IMG/VR virus record: IMGVR_UViG_3300010396_000051
Coordinates: 1-56,086 of that record
Source of the DNA: a virus
Lineage: Duplodnaviria; Caudoviricetes
DNA: 56,086 bases
Strand: one strand, 5' to 3'
Position 1 is the stretch's first letter; the number at the start of each line of letters is the position of its first letter. This document shows, piece by piece, positions 1 to 8,808 of this stretch. The translations under genes and the position numbers were made by a program. A model generated the notes under the pieces. That model was not told the origin of the DNA and did no database searches. It saw only the letters and a list, made by a program, of their open reading frames with translations.

Positions 1-123
1 ACAATGGCGCAGGCTGTGTCTGCTTCCCCGTCCATGTATTCGCATGACCCAGCGCAAGGTCGAGCGTCGTGTTGGTTGGTGTCCCGCCAACCGCGAGTGT
101 CCCGCCAGGGCTGGTAATAGTGT
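1..123. repeat. Terminal direct repeat, left copy (123 bp); circular assembly overlap
   Basis: Bases 1-123 are identical to 55964-56086, and a minus-strand ORF reads in frame through the junction. Confidence 0.95.
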
Positions 124-1672
124 CGCCACCACCCCCGCCGCCTCCTCCGTACGCCGTCCACGCAGAGCCATTCCAAGAACAGAGGACCGGGCTCGAACCT
201 CCACCGGTCGTACAATCTGTCCCGCTTGCGCCATCTCTCACGTAAGCAAGCTGGTAATACTCGCTCGCCACGCTGCCCAACTGAGAGACTGTGATGCCGT
301 TCAATCCCCACGGAAACGCGCCATCCACGCCGATGGTGTTGGTCGCCGTGTTGAGGCTGAGAGGATACTTGACGCCGAGCAAATTCGGATTAGGCACGAC
401 TGTTCCGGTGTACTCGACAATCAGCCCAATCGCATCCATTCTCGTTTCGGTAAATCCAGACTCCGGCGCGGATTGAGACACGTGCAACTGGCAGGTAGCT
501 GTTGAGATTGTCGAGCCAGTTATTCCGGTGAGGTTGGTCACCTGTTGCCCCGGCCACACGACGAGATTGGGAATGACGTTTTTCCCAACGCCACCGCATT
601 CGCCCGTATCGAACTGCATCGCAAATCCAGATGTCGAGGAAACGCCGAACGCATAGACATTCGTCACGTTACCGGCCGGGATGCCTGCGGGAAGAGCAAA
701 TCCCGAGTAGTTGACCGTTACCTGCGCTGGCGGAAAACCGAAAGCAAATGCCTGCTGAACAATATCCGCAGATGCCGATGTTCCGGTCGCCGAACAGGTA
801 CTGGAAATTCTGGGCGGCACGGTATCATGCGCGCAATCGGCAACAGTCGGATACAGGATGTAATACTGGTGCGTGTTGTCGGGAAGTTGAATGAGGGGCT
901 GGAGTTGCGCACTGGAACATCCAGGGCAGGAGATATTCGCCGTCCCGCTTGATACCGGACCATTCGCGCCATTCACCTTGATTGGATCAGTAGTGGTCAC
1001 TGACAGTCCGCTCGAAGTCGGAACGTCGAAGTTGATCGTGTTCGTGCCAACGTTGTAATTGCAACTCAATAGCCCTGTGCAGGTGTAGAGAGCGGAGAAG
1101 TACGCGCCGAGGGAGCCGGTAAAATTCCCCACCATCGACTGCGCCGGCTGGTTCGTCACTCCCCAGTGCAGTTGCGGGGTCGTCCCGCCGTTCGTCACAC
1201 TGCATCCCAGCAATGGCCCCATCGTCGGATCGCAGTTGACGCTGGTAACACCTGTCCCGCCGCCGCTGCCTCCCGGCTGGTAGGTTCTGGTTACCGGCTG
1301 CGTAAAGCAGTTGGGAGCGGTTGTGCAGGAGGGATTCGCTCCACCGCCCGTCATCACCACATCGTAGGTAAGACCCTGAGCCGCGTAGAAGATCCAAAGT
1401 CCCGGCGCCACAGAAGCACTATCGTTAGCCGTGAAGGGATTAGCAAGAACGGTCCCAGCCTGATCCGAATAGATCGTCGGCTTGCTGGTTGTTCCGTGTG
1501 TGTACACCGTGACTGTACAGGCCGGGATTGCTCCGACTTGCCAGTTGGTCGCGCTCAATCCTTGCGTAATCGAATGCCGGCCACCGTTGGAGCAGTAGTC
1601 ACTCACGGGGGCAAGCTGCGCCACCGCCGAAAGCGGGGTTAAAAGCAACGCCAACAGCAGTATTCTGCGCAT
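1..1672 (-). CDS. 5' part of origin-spanning ~1455-aa tailspike/tail-fibre-like protein with N-terminal signal peptide (not in ORF track)
   Basis: Manual translation from ATG 1672: MRRILLLALLLTPLSAVAQLAPVSDYC...TVTVYTHGTTSKPTIYSDQAGTVLANPFTAN...; open to base 1 and joins in frame to LLPNLAGGGTQ of ORF 53268..55967. Confidence 0.85.
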   Translation of the reverse strand, partial: MRRILLLALLLTPLSAVAQLAPVSDYCSNGGRHSITQGLSATNWQVGAIPACTVTVYTHGTTSKPTIYSDQAGTVLANPFTANDSASVAPGLWIFYAAQGLTYDVVMTGGGANPSCTTAPNCFTQPVTRTYQPGGSGGGTGVTSVNCDPTMGPLLGCSVTNGGTTPQLHWGVTNQPAQSMVGNFTGSLGAYFSALYTCTGLLSCNYNVGTNTINFDVPTSSGLSVTTTDPIKVNGANGPVSSGTANISCPGCSSAQLQPLIQLPDNTHQYYILYPTVADCAHDTVPPRISSTCSATGTSASADIVQQAFAFGFPPAQVTVNYSGFALPAGIPAGNVTNVYAFGVSSTSGFAMQFDTGECGGVGKNVIPNLVVWPGQQVTNLTGITGSTISTATCQLHVSQSAPESGFTETRMDAIGLIVEYTGTVVPNPNLLGVKYPLSLNTATNTIGVDGAFPWGLNGITVSQLGSVASEYYQLAYVRDGASGTDCTTGGGSSPVLCSWNGSAWTAYGGGGGGGGDTITSPGGTLAVGGTPTNTTLDLALGHANTWTGKQTQPAPL

Positions 1673-1748
1673 CGTGTCAATTCCTAGGCCAATGGTAGGC
1701 GATTTGGAAATGACAAAGATTTTTATTCCGGTTATGCCAAGCGGATGC

Positions 1749-1757
1749 TGGTATGAT
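1749..1757 (+). promoter_or_regulatory. Extended -10 promoter element for glycosyltransferase operon
   Basis: TG-G-TATGAT about 30 nt upstream of ATG 1787. Confidence 0.5.
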
Positions 1758-1767
1758 TAAGGGCGTT

Positions 1768-1786
1768 TACTGCCAACTTGACAATT
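1768..1786. promoter_or_regulatory. Palindrome family A (AATTGYCAASTTGRCAATT), copy 1
   Basis: TACTGCCAACTTGACAATT directly abutting ATG 1787. Confidence 0.8.
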
Positions 1787-2932
1787 ATGAGACGAAAGAT
1801 TCTGTTTCTCAGCGATTCCGTATCCTCGACATCGGGGTTGGGTCGCATTGCCCGCGATCTTGCCTTGCGAGTCCACAAGCACCTTGGAGACGTGTACGAG
1901 GTAGCAACAGTGGGCTATGGAGGGCCGGGGTCCACTTCAATTCCCTTCACTGAATTTCACGTCCACGACATCAAGAACTGGCTCGTTCCCGAGCTACCCG
2001 GCATATGGAATGACTTCGTAGGTCAGGACGAAGGGATTCTGTTCTCCATATGGGACTTGAGCCGTCTCTACTGGCTTGGCATTCCGCAACTCTGCCCGGT
2101 TCCTTTCCTTCGCCAGTGGGTCGAGACAGCGAAGATGAAGAAGTACGTGTACCATGCGATCGACGCAGAGGGTCCGAATGGGAAACTGAGTACGCGCATT
2201 GCGGAGACCATGAAGGGCTTTGACCGGGTACTCGACTACTCGGCCTTTTCCTGCCGGATTACCGGGAATGAAGAGTACCTACCTCATGGGATTGACCGAA
2301 CAGTGTTCTATCCCCGCGATCATGCCCAGGCGCGTCAGAGTTTCATCGAGAAGGGATTTCAGGGACTCACCCCGGATTCGCTCCTCATCGGGATCGTGGC
2401 TACCAACCAGGCGCGGAAGAACTGGCAGCTTGGGATGGAGACAGCCCGCATACTCCTAGACCGCGGCCATGATGTGCGCGTATGGGCTCACACGGACGTT
2501 CTGGACCGTTACTGGTCAATGGGGAACCTCATCTCCGACTACGGGCTTGTCGGGCGCGTGGCGATGACTCTGGACCGCTTTACGGACGATCAGATGGCGT
2601 GGATGTACTCCGCGTGCGACGTCACCCTTGGAATCGCCCCCGAGGGCTTTGGATTTCCTCTGGCTGAGTCCTTGGCCTGCGGAGTGCCGTGCATCGCGGG
2701 AAGCTACGGAGCGCAGGCCGAGTTCGTTCCGAAGCCGATGCAGGTTGATCCCATCGGCTACTTCTACGAGGGAGCCTACTGCTCGAAGCGTCCTGTCCAT
2801 GAACCTGCAAAGTGGGCTCTCCGGGTTGAGATGGTGCTGGAAAAGAAGTATCAGGGGAACATGCTGCCGCCGTCTGTGGATTGGGAGACACTTTGGGGAG
2901 CGTGGGAATCGTGGTTCAGGGAGGGTCTATGA
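1787..2932 (+). CDS. GT-B fold glycosyltransferase (GT4-like)
   Basis: KILFLSDS..SGLGRI N-terminus; VATNQARKN; EGFGFPLAESLACGVPCI (EX7E motif). Confidence 0.9.
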   Translation: MRRKILFLSDSVSSTSGLGRIARDLALRVHKHLGDVYEVATVGYGGPGSTSIPFTEFHVHDIKNWLVPELPGIWNDFVGQDEGILFSIWDLSRLYWLGIPQLCPVPFLRQWVETAKMKKYVYHAIDAEGPNGKLSTRIAETMKGFDRVLDYSAFSCRITGNEEYLPHGIDRTVFYPRDHAQARQSFIEKGFQGLTPDSLLIGIVATNQARKNWQLGMETARILLDRGHDVRVWAHTDVLDRYWSMGNLISDYGLVGRVAMTLDRFTDDQMAWMYSACDVTLGIAPEGFGFPLAESLACGVPCIAGSYGAQAEFVPKPMQVDPIGYFYEGAYCSKRPVHEPAKWALRVEMVLEKKYQGNMLPPSVDWETLWGAWESWFREGL

Positions 2933-3141
2933 GTGAACGTGACTGTATTTCTTGCAAACGATTTCTATCCAACAAGGAAGCGCACACGATTGTGTGGAAA
3001 GTGGGCGGGGAGAGCCGATTTACCGATAGTTTCTATATCTCCTATCCGGCCCAAACCGATGGACCCGTCATCTGTGAAACCTGTATCCCATCCCAAATTC
3101 AGCGTTACCTTACGACAGTCAAAGAGAGGTTTTCGTTTTGA
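2929..3141 (+). CDS. Small Zn-binding hypothetical protein
   Basis: CxxC...CxxC; 4-nt overlaps with both neighbours. Confidence 0.6.
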   Translation: MSERDCISCKRFLSNKEAHTIVWKVGGESRFTDSFYISYPAQTDGPVICETCIPSQIQRYLTTVKERFSF

Positions 3142-3824
3142 AGCATCTGAACATGGACTACTGCATCGCCACTGTCTTCCAGCCGAAGTGGAAGGACTGT
3201 ATCAAGACTTGGTGGCTCACAGAAACCGCAGAGCACCCCATGAGGCTCGCTCAGAACATGGGCGTGGTGGATGCCTACCAGTGGTGCTTCGAGAGGTCCG
3301 ATGCTGACGTGCTGGCGTTCCTGCACGACGACGTAATCATCTCCGAGTTCGGATGGGATAAGCGCGTTCTGAAGGAGTTTGAAGATCCCACCGTGGGACT
3401 CGTCGGATTCTTCGGTGCCAAGGCTCACGGCGATCCCGAGATGTACAAGAAGCCCTACCAACTCTCTCAGCTTGGCCGCTCCGGGTGCCTGTCGAACATG
3501 GTAGACGCGGAGCACCATGGACAGCGGTTCACCGGAGAAACCGATGTGGCAGTCCTTGACGCCTTTTCGATGTTCGTTCGGCGCGAGGTGCTGGAGAAGG
3601 CGGGAGGATGGCCGGTCAACACGCCGGTTGATTACATATCGCCGGATTATTGGATTTCCTGCATGACACGCAGGTTGGGTTACAGGATTCGCGTGGTCGG
3701 GGTTGCCTGCCAGCACTTGAGTGGAGGATCAAATGGACGCAACGTCAAGCCCATCGACTTCGAGGGAGCGCACCGCTACATCTACGAAACCTTTAAAGAT
3801 TGCCTGCCAGCGAGGGTTCCATGA
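3138..3824 (+). CDS. GT-A fold glycosyltransferase (GT2-like)
   Basis: ADVLAFLHDDV; VGLVGFFGA; VAVLDAFSMFVRREV; terminal CQHLSG. Confidence 0.85.
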   Translation: MKHLNMDYCIATVFQPKWKDCIKTWWLTETAEHPMRLAQNMGVVDAYQWCFERSDADVLAFLHDDVIISEFGWDKRVLKEFEDPTVGLVGFFGAKAHGDPEMYKKPYQLSQLGRSGCLSNMVDAEHHGQRFTGETDVAVLDAFSMFVRREVLEKAGGWPVNTPVDYISPDYWISCMTRRLGYRIRVVGVACQHLSGGSNGRNVKPIDFEGAHRYIYETFKDCLPARVP

Positions 3825-4516
3825 TCGTTAATTTTGTAATGCTTTTTCACGGAAGGCCGACCCTGCTAAAGCAGAGCCTTGAGTCGATCGGAGACACGTC
3901 AGGCATTATTTTCACGCTGCACGGAGAAGACCCTCAGCCTGAAGCATTGACAGTCGCTCGCGATTTCATGAGGGAAAACGACGGCTGTCTCAGCGCAACA
4001 GGCGAGAACCGAGGTACAGGGTTAGCGCGGAATGCTGCTATCGACATAGCCTCAAGTGTTCGCGGCGACTTCCTTTACCTGTCAGATGATGACGTGTTCT
4101 TTCTCCGTCCTGATTGGCTCGCAGTGCTGACGCAAATGTTTGAAGAAGTCGAGCAGTACGGATTCGCCGCTCTTGGAGCTTATAACCATCCCTATAATGG
4201 CCCGGTGACGATATTTCCTCCTGTCATCGACAACAAGTACATGGTTGGCGAGGTCTACGCGCTTGCTACTCAGTCCATGCTTCTCCGGTGGGAGACGTTC
4301 TACCGCTTCGGGCCTTTCTGCCAAACGCCGCCAGGGAGGGTCTGCCAGTCGGAGGATGTGGAGTTCAGCAACAAAATCCGTGCTGCCGGCCTGAAGGTGG
4401 GAACCATGATTCCGCCACTGCTGGCGAACACGGGCATCACGAACAGCTGTGGAGACAAGATACCGGGATGGGAGTTGGTTAAGTCTCAATGCCCTGAAGG
4501 AGTAATCTGCGAATGA
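3821..4516 (+). CDS. GT2-like glycosyltransferase
   Basis: ENRGTGLARNAAI; GDFLYLSDDDV (DxD); SEDVEFS. Confidence 0.9.
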   Translation: MIVNFVMLFHGRPTLLKQSLESIGDTSGIIFTLHGEDPQPEALTVARDFMRENDGCLSATGENRGTGLARNAAIDIASSVRGDFLYLSDDDVFFLRPDWLAVLTQMFEEVEQYGFAALGAYNHPYNGPVTIFPPVIDNKYMVGEVYALATQSMLLRWETFYRFGPFCQTPPGRVCQSEDVEFSNKIRAAGLKVGTMIPPLLANTGITNSCGDKIPGWELVKSQCPEGVICE

Positions 4517-5082
4517 CGTTTGCCGAGGCAATGATCGAGGTCCGTAAAACCTCATCCCATACCGCGCTTTCTGATGAAGAGGCGAGAGTTCTCTACGATG
4601 CGATGGCCGGATTGCAATCGCAAGACTTTGTGATTGAGATTGGTTCACAACTTGGAAGGTCTTCTGTGCTCATCACACAGATGGCCCTCTCCCGAGGCTT
4701 CCACTCCATCCACGTCGATCCATTCTGCGAACAGGACGTATGGGCTCACGACTTCATTAAGCGCATGTGTGAGGTACGCAGTGACCGGGACCGTGCATTC
4801 ACCTTCCTCTGCATGAGGACAGATCAGGCGCGAGACATTCTCGACCAACTGCATCCCATCCAACTCATCTACGTGGACGGTGACCACACCTATGCGGGAG
4901 TGAAGACGGACCTTGAGTTCGCCAGAGTAAACCTTGTAGAAGGCGGATACCTGCTCTGTCACGACTACGGCCGCGAGAGTCTGCCGGATGTGTACAAGGC
5001 TGTCTCGGAGTTCCTGTCAGTGAACCCGGATTTCACTCTCGTTGCCCATGAAGGCACGATGGGATGCTGGAGGCGTGGATGA
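4513..5082 (+). CDS. Class I SAM-dependent methyltransferase (Methyltransf_24-like)
   Basis: VIEIGSQLGRSS; LIYVDGDHTY; GGYLLCHDY. Confidence 0.9.
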   Translation: MTFAEAMIEVRKTSSHTALSDEEARVLYDAMAGLQSQDFVIEIGSQLGRSSVLITQMALSRGFHSIHVDPFCEQDVWAHDFIKRMCEVRSDRDRAFTFLCMRTDQARDILDQLHPIQLIYVDGDHTYAGVKTDLEFARVNLVEGGYLLCHDYGRESLPDVYKAVSEFLSVNPDFTLVAHEGTMGCWRRG

Positions 5083-5600
5083 TTGGAATCAACGTAGGCT
5101 CCGGTCAGCGTCCATTCGGAGAGAGTTGGATCAATGTCGATTCGGTTTGGCACGAGGGAATGCCGAAGCCGGACGTGATCTGCGATGGAGCACATTTGCC
5201 GTTCGAGAGTGGATACGCGGATTATGTTTGCCTTCATCACGTTCTTGAACATTTCGGCTGCGGTGAGGGCGAAGGATTGCTGCGTGAGGCGCATCGCGTT
5301 TTGACGCCGGGAGGTTCGCTGCTGGTGTTCGTTCCAGATCTGCGCAAGTTGGTTAAGTTGTGGTTTTCGGGTGAGATTTCGACACAGATTTACATGACGA
5401 ATCTCTATGGTGCCTACATGGGCCACGATGAGGACCGGCACAAATGGGGGTACGATCTCAACTCTCTCGTAGAGTTCATCGACCACTGCCCGCATGAGCC
5501 GCGCTGGAACACGATTAAGCAGTTCGACTGGACACCTATTCCCGGCGCAGACATCGCCCGAGATGACCGATGGATACTTGGAGTGGAGGCGATTAAGTGA
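5079..5600 (+). CDS. Class I SAM-dependent methyltransferase (Methyltransf_11-like)
   Basis: INVGSG..WINVD; HVLEH; EAHRVLTPGGSLLVFVPD. Confidence 0.9.
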   Translation: MIGINVGSGQRPFGESWINVDSVWHEGMPKPDVICDGAHLPFESGYADYVCLHHVLEHFGCGEGEGLLREAHRVLTPGGSLLVFVPDLRKLVKLWFSGEISTQIYMTNLYGAYMGHDEDRHKWGYDLNSLVEFIDHCPHEPRWNTIKQFDWTPIPGADIARDDRWILGVEAIK

Positions 5601-6298
5601 ACCCTGCTTGCCCTGTTCTTATTCTTGTCCGCAACTGCTTCGAACTGACCAAGCGGTGCATTGAGAGTGTTCGCGCTCAGGATGTCGATGATCTTGAGAT
5701 TTGGGTTGTAGACAATGGCTCGTCTGATGGTGTGAGCGAATGGCTGCACGATCAGGAAGACGTGTGCTCTTGGGAATTCCGAGAGAACTTGGGAGTCAGC
5801 AAGGGATGGAACTACGGCCTAGAAGAACAGTTTGCATTTCAAAAGTCGAAACACTGTCTCGTCATCAACAACGACGTGGTGCTTCCGCCGTGGTTCTACC
5901 GTACCCTGCTCTCCTATGACGCTCCCTTCGTGACCGGAGTCGCCATCGACACCATGCCGCTCGATGAGCCAGAGAGAATGCCGCTCACCCCTCACCCGGA
6001 CTTCAGCGCGTTCCTGATTCGGCGCGAGTGTTGGGAGAAAGTAGGCAAGTTCGATGAAGATATGGTGCTCTACGCATCCGACTGTTCGTACCACGTCCGC
6101 GCACATCGGCTTGGCGTTCCGCTGATGAAGGCGAATGTCCCCTTCTATCACGTAAATTCACAGACCATGAAACGCGCAAATACGGAGGAGAAGAGATGGA
6201 TTCAGGAACAAGCGAACAAGGACAGAGCGGTGTTCAAAGCGAAGTACGGATGCCTCCCAGGGACGCCCGAATACGCGAAACTATTCAGCACGCCTTAG
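5597..6298 (+). CDS. GT2 glycosyltransferase
   Basis: WVVDNGSSDG; NLGVSKGWN; VINNDV; VGKFDE. Confidence 0.9.
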   Translation: MNPACPVLILVRNCFELTKRCIESVRAQDVDDLEIWVVDNGSSDGVSEWLHDQEDVCSWEFRENLGVSKGWNYGLEEQFAFQKSKHCLVINNDVVLPPWFYRTLLSYDAPFVTGVAIDTMPLDEPERMPLTPHPDFSAFLIRRECWEKVGKFDEDMVLYASDCSYHVRAHRLGVPLMKANVPFYHVNSQTMKRANTEEKRWIQEQANKDRAVFKAKYGCLPGTPEYAKLFSTP

Positions 6299-6376
6299 CG
6301 TTGGTAAGGGTTGCGAAATTGACTCACGCTCCAGAAATGTTGGAGCAATGCTTGAACGAGATTGAGAGGCTACTGG

Positions 6377-6586
6377 ATGGCGCGACTGAAGCCAGGTGAG
6401 AAGCGGGTCCAGTTGTCCTTCCAGCGTCCCGAGGATGTGGCGCTGTTCAAGTATCTGGAGCCGCTTGCTTACAAGGCGAGACTCGGATTGCCCGACTTCA
6501 TCCTCGAATCGTTGCAACAGGCTTTTCAGGGGCAGTTCGCCGTATCTGAAACAGATGAGGCAAGTCCCCCGGTGTCGCCGGAGTAG
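6377..6586 (+). CDS. Small putative ribbon-helix-helix DNA-binding protein
   Basis: KRVQLSF beta-strand followed by two amphipathic helices. Confidence 0.5.
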   Translation: MARLKPGEKRVQLSFQRPEDVALFKYLEPLAYKARLGLPDFILESLQQAFQGQFAVSETDEASPPVSPE

Positions 6587-7451
6587 CTGAGAAGCAAACC
6601 GGTTGAAAAGGACAGGCTGCTCTTCCCATCTCATCGCAACTTGACCGCCGCATTGGTTCATCTGCCGATGCGGTTTCCATTCGATAAACCAACCGCTCCA
6701 TGTCGCTTCGCGCCTGCCTCATACGCTCATCTTCGGCGTTGAATTGGATCTTGCGCGTTACGATCAACTCGCCCAGAAGGTCATCATTCTCCATTTGCTT
6801 GAGCCACACGTCAGCCGAGTAGTTCGACTGCTCTCTCCAGACCGTCTTCCAGTTCTCCGTGAATCCTGAGTCCTTCTTTCGAGGAGCGAATCTGAGATTC
6901 TTCTGGATGGGATGCTGATATCCCTTCGCCCACGCCGAGTGCCGTCTTCCTCCCCGCTGCGCTCCGATCAGGACCACAAGCAGCGACATCGGCCGCTCCA
7001 GTGCAGCCAGTTCCCCGATGGTTCCCCATGAGTGCGCGTAGGATCGGAGAGTGTCGTCGTCCATGTGCGATGCCAGGATCACCCGGTAGAGCGTGCCGCG
7101 TGCCTCAAAGAGATTCGACTTCCACTCATGCTCCCCAAGCTTGGTCGGAGCCACACGCTCCATCAGTCCAAATTTGGACCGGAGAGCCAGCCCGATCACT
7201 TCGGCCATCGACTGAACATGTCGGACGACTGAGATAGAGCTAAGATCACCCGAAATTACGTCCACATGAGCCGCAAGGTGCTCGATGGAGGTCTGGGAAC
7301 CTACCACGGGGTCAGAATGCGTCAGCGAGCCCTCTACGCCAGCGTAAAGCAATCCCAGAGGGGATATGGTCCAGTGCTGGTAGTCCCGTTCGAAAGCGAA
7401 GCGCCGGGGGCAGCGGTCGAACACGTCAAGGAGTCGTGCGGTCAGGTTCAT
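6498..7451 (-). CDS. PD-(D/E)xK / Cas4-RecB-like protein, catalytic motif apparently degenerate
   Basis: N-terminal FDRCPRRF and C-terminal C...CPFQPVC cysteine pattern; no clear D...(D/E)xK. Confidence 0.6.
   Translation of the reverse strand: MNLTARLLDVFDRCPRRFAFERDYQHWTISPLGLLYAGVEGSLTHSDPVVGSQTSIEHLAAHVDVISGDLSSISVVRHVQSMAEVIGLALRSKFGLMERVAPTKLGEHEWKSNLFEARGTLYRVILASHMDDDTLRSYAHSWGTIGELAALERPMSLLVVLIGAQRGGRRHSAWAKGYQHPIQKNLRFAPRKKDSGFTENWKTVWREQSNYSADVWLKQMENDDLLGELIVTRKIQFNAEDERMRQARSDMERLVYRMETASADEPMRRSSCDEMGRAACPFQPVCFSATPATPGDLPHLFQIRRTAPEKPVATIRG
7166..7179. promoter_or_regulatory. Palindrome family B (GTCCRAATTYGGAC), copy 1, intragenic
   Basis: GTCCAAATTTGGAC. Confidence 0.75.
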
Positions 7452-8808
7452 CGGGATTAAACAATTCTCTCAGGGGCAGTGACATTATTTCCATACCGGG
7501 ACGTGTTCCGAGAATTTTCCCCACCTTAGATCGAGGGGTGTGCTCAAAGGCTTTTGCAACCTGCTTGTCAGCCTTGGCTGCAACGTCGGCAGGGCGAAGA
7601 ATGCCCGCCAGCCGGGTCGTAAATCCCGCATGGCCGGAACTCGACATATATCCGCGAACCGGGTCTGTCATCGGAGCGCCCTTTGCCTTGCGAGACTTTG
7701 CAGCAAGGTTTTCGACGTGCTCCTGCGTTTGATCTTCAATCGACATCAGGGCGCCACGCTTGCGCTGAAGTTGCTCGAAGTACCCGGATGGCTTCCCGGC
7801 CGCCTTGTCCATCTGCGGATAGACCACATCGCGGATCGCATCGGCTTCTGCTTTGTCGATCTCAAACTCGGGATGCTGGAAGAGGTATTGAGCCTGATCC
7901 GCTGGAGTCTTCATCGAATAGAAGCGGTTCAGTTCCCGGTTGAGAACGGTCCTGCGATCGTTCAGCCATGCGTAGGTCTTCGGTGTGGCGTAGAGCTTCG
8001 CAATGCGGTTCTTCACCGCTCCAATCTTCGCCGGATTCGCCAGAGCGTCTGAGGGGTGAGCAGCAGCAACCTTCTGAATCGAGTCCGCAATCGGCGTCAC
8101 GTCAGTTTTCACGCCTGAAAGCGGAACCATCTTTCCGCCAACGTCCACCTTGTTCATCAGGGCAGTATCGACTTCCGCGGCGATCTTCTTCTTCGCTTCC
8201 GTCACCACGTTAACGAAGTCGCCAACAGTCTTCGCTGGCTGCGTCTTCTCTATCGCTGAAATCTCAGGCATTACCGCGGCAAGGTCTGTCTTCGGGCCAA
8301 GGTCGCCAGCGAACCAGAGTTTGTTGATCGCGCTCTCAAGCGTCGGGCGAAATGCTCGTCCAAGCATCTGGCCTGTCGCTTCCGAGGCTCCCTGCCCCAC
8401 GGTCTGCGTAGCGATTCCGGTCAGAGCCTCTTTCGGAGTCATCTTCTTGTCTTCAGGATGGAAGTGCTCAGTGAGGGACTGGCGAAGAGTCTCCCCCAGA
8501 CCCCCGCCAGCACCCGCACCGGCAGCCGCTGTTGCAACGGCCCCCGGTCCTGTTTCAAGCCCCGCTCCTCCACCGACAATCCCGCCCGCAATTCCACCGA
8601 TGGTCGGAAGTTGGTTGATCGCCTTGTCTCGCAGCGTCATCAAGCTGGATTTGATCCCGGCAGGAGAAAATGGAGCGGGAGATGCGGAAACTGATGCTTC
8701 CGGTCCAATGAGCCGGTCGATTTTCTGCCTGCGCAAGTCTCCCTTTGGGAGTTTGGAACGAATCTCCGAGAGGTCTTTGCGGTCCTGGTCGCTTAGTTGG
8801 TCAGGCAT
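7426..8808 (-). CDS. Putative internal virion/ejection protein
   Basis: Helical Ala/Gly-rich protein with glycine-zipper hydrophobic segment, at end of virion operon. Confidence 0.55.
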   Translation of the reverse strand: MPDQLSDQDRKDLSEIRSKLPKGDLRRQKIDRLIGPEASVSASPAPFSPAGIKSSLMTLRDKAINQLPTIGGIAGGIVGGGAGLETGPGAVATAAAGAGAGGGLGETLRQSLTEHFHPEDKKMTPKEALTGIATQTVGQGASEATGQMLGRAFRPTLESAINKLWFAGDLGPKTDLAAVMPEISAIEKTQPAKTVGDFVNVVTEAKKKIAAEVDTALMNKVDVGGKMVPLSGVKTDVTPIADSIQKVAAAHPSDALANPAKIGAVKNRIAKLYATPKTYAWLNDRRTVLNRELNRFYSMKTPADQAQYLFQHPEFEIDKAEADAIRDVVYPQMDKAAGKPSGYFEQLQRKRGALMSIEDQTQEHVENLAAKSRKAKGAPMTDPVRGYMSSSGHAGFTTRLAGILRPADVAAKADKQVAKAFEHTPRSKVGKILGTRPGMEIMSLPLRELFNPDEPDRTTP

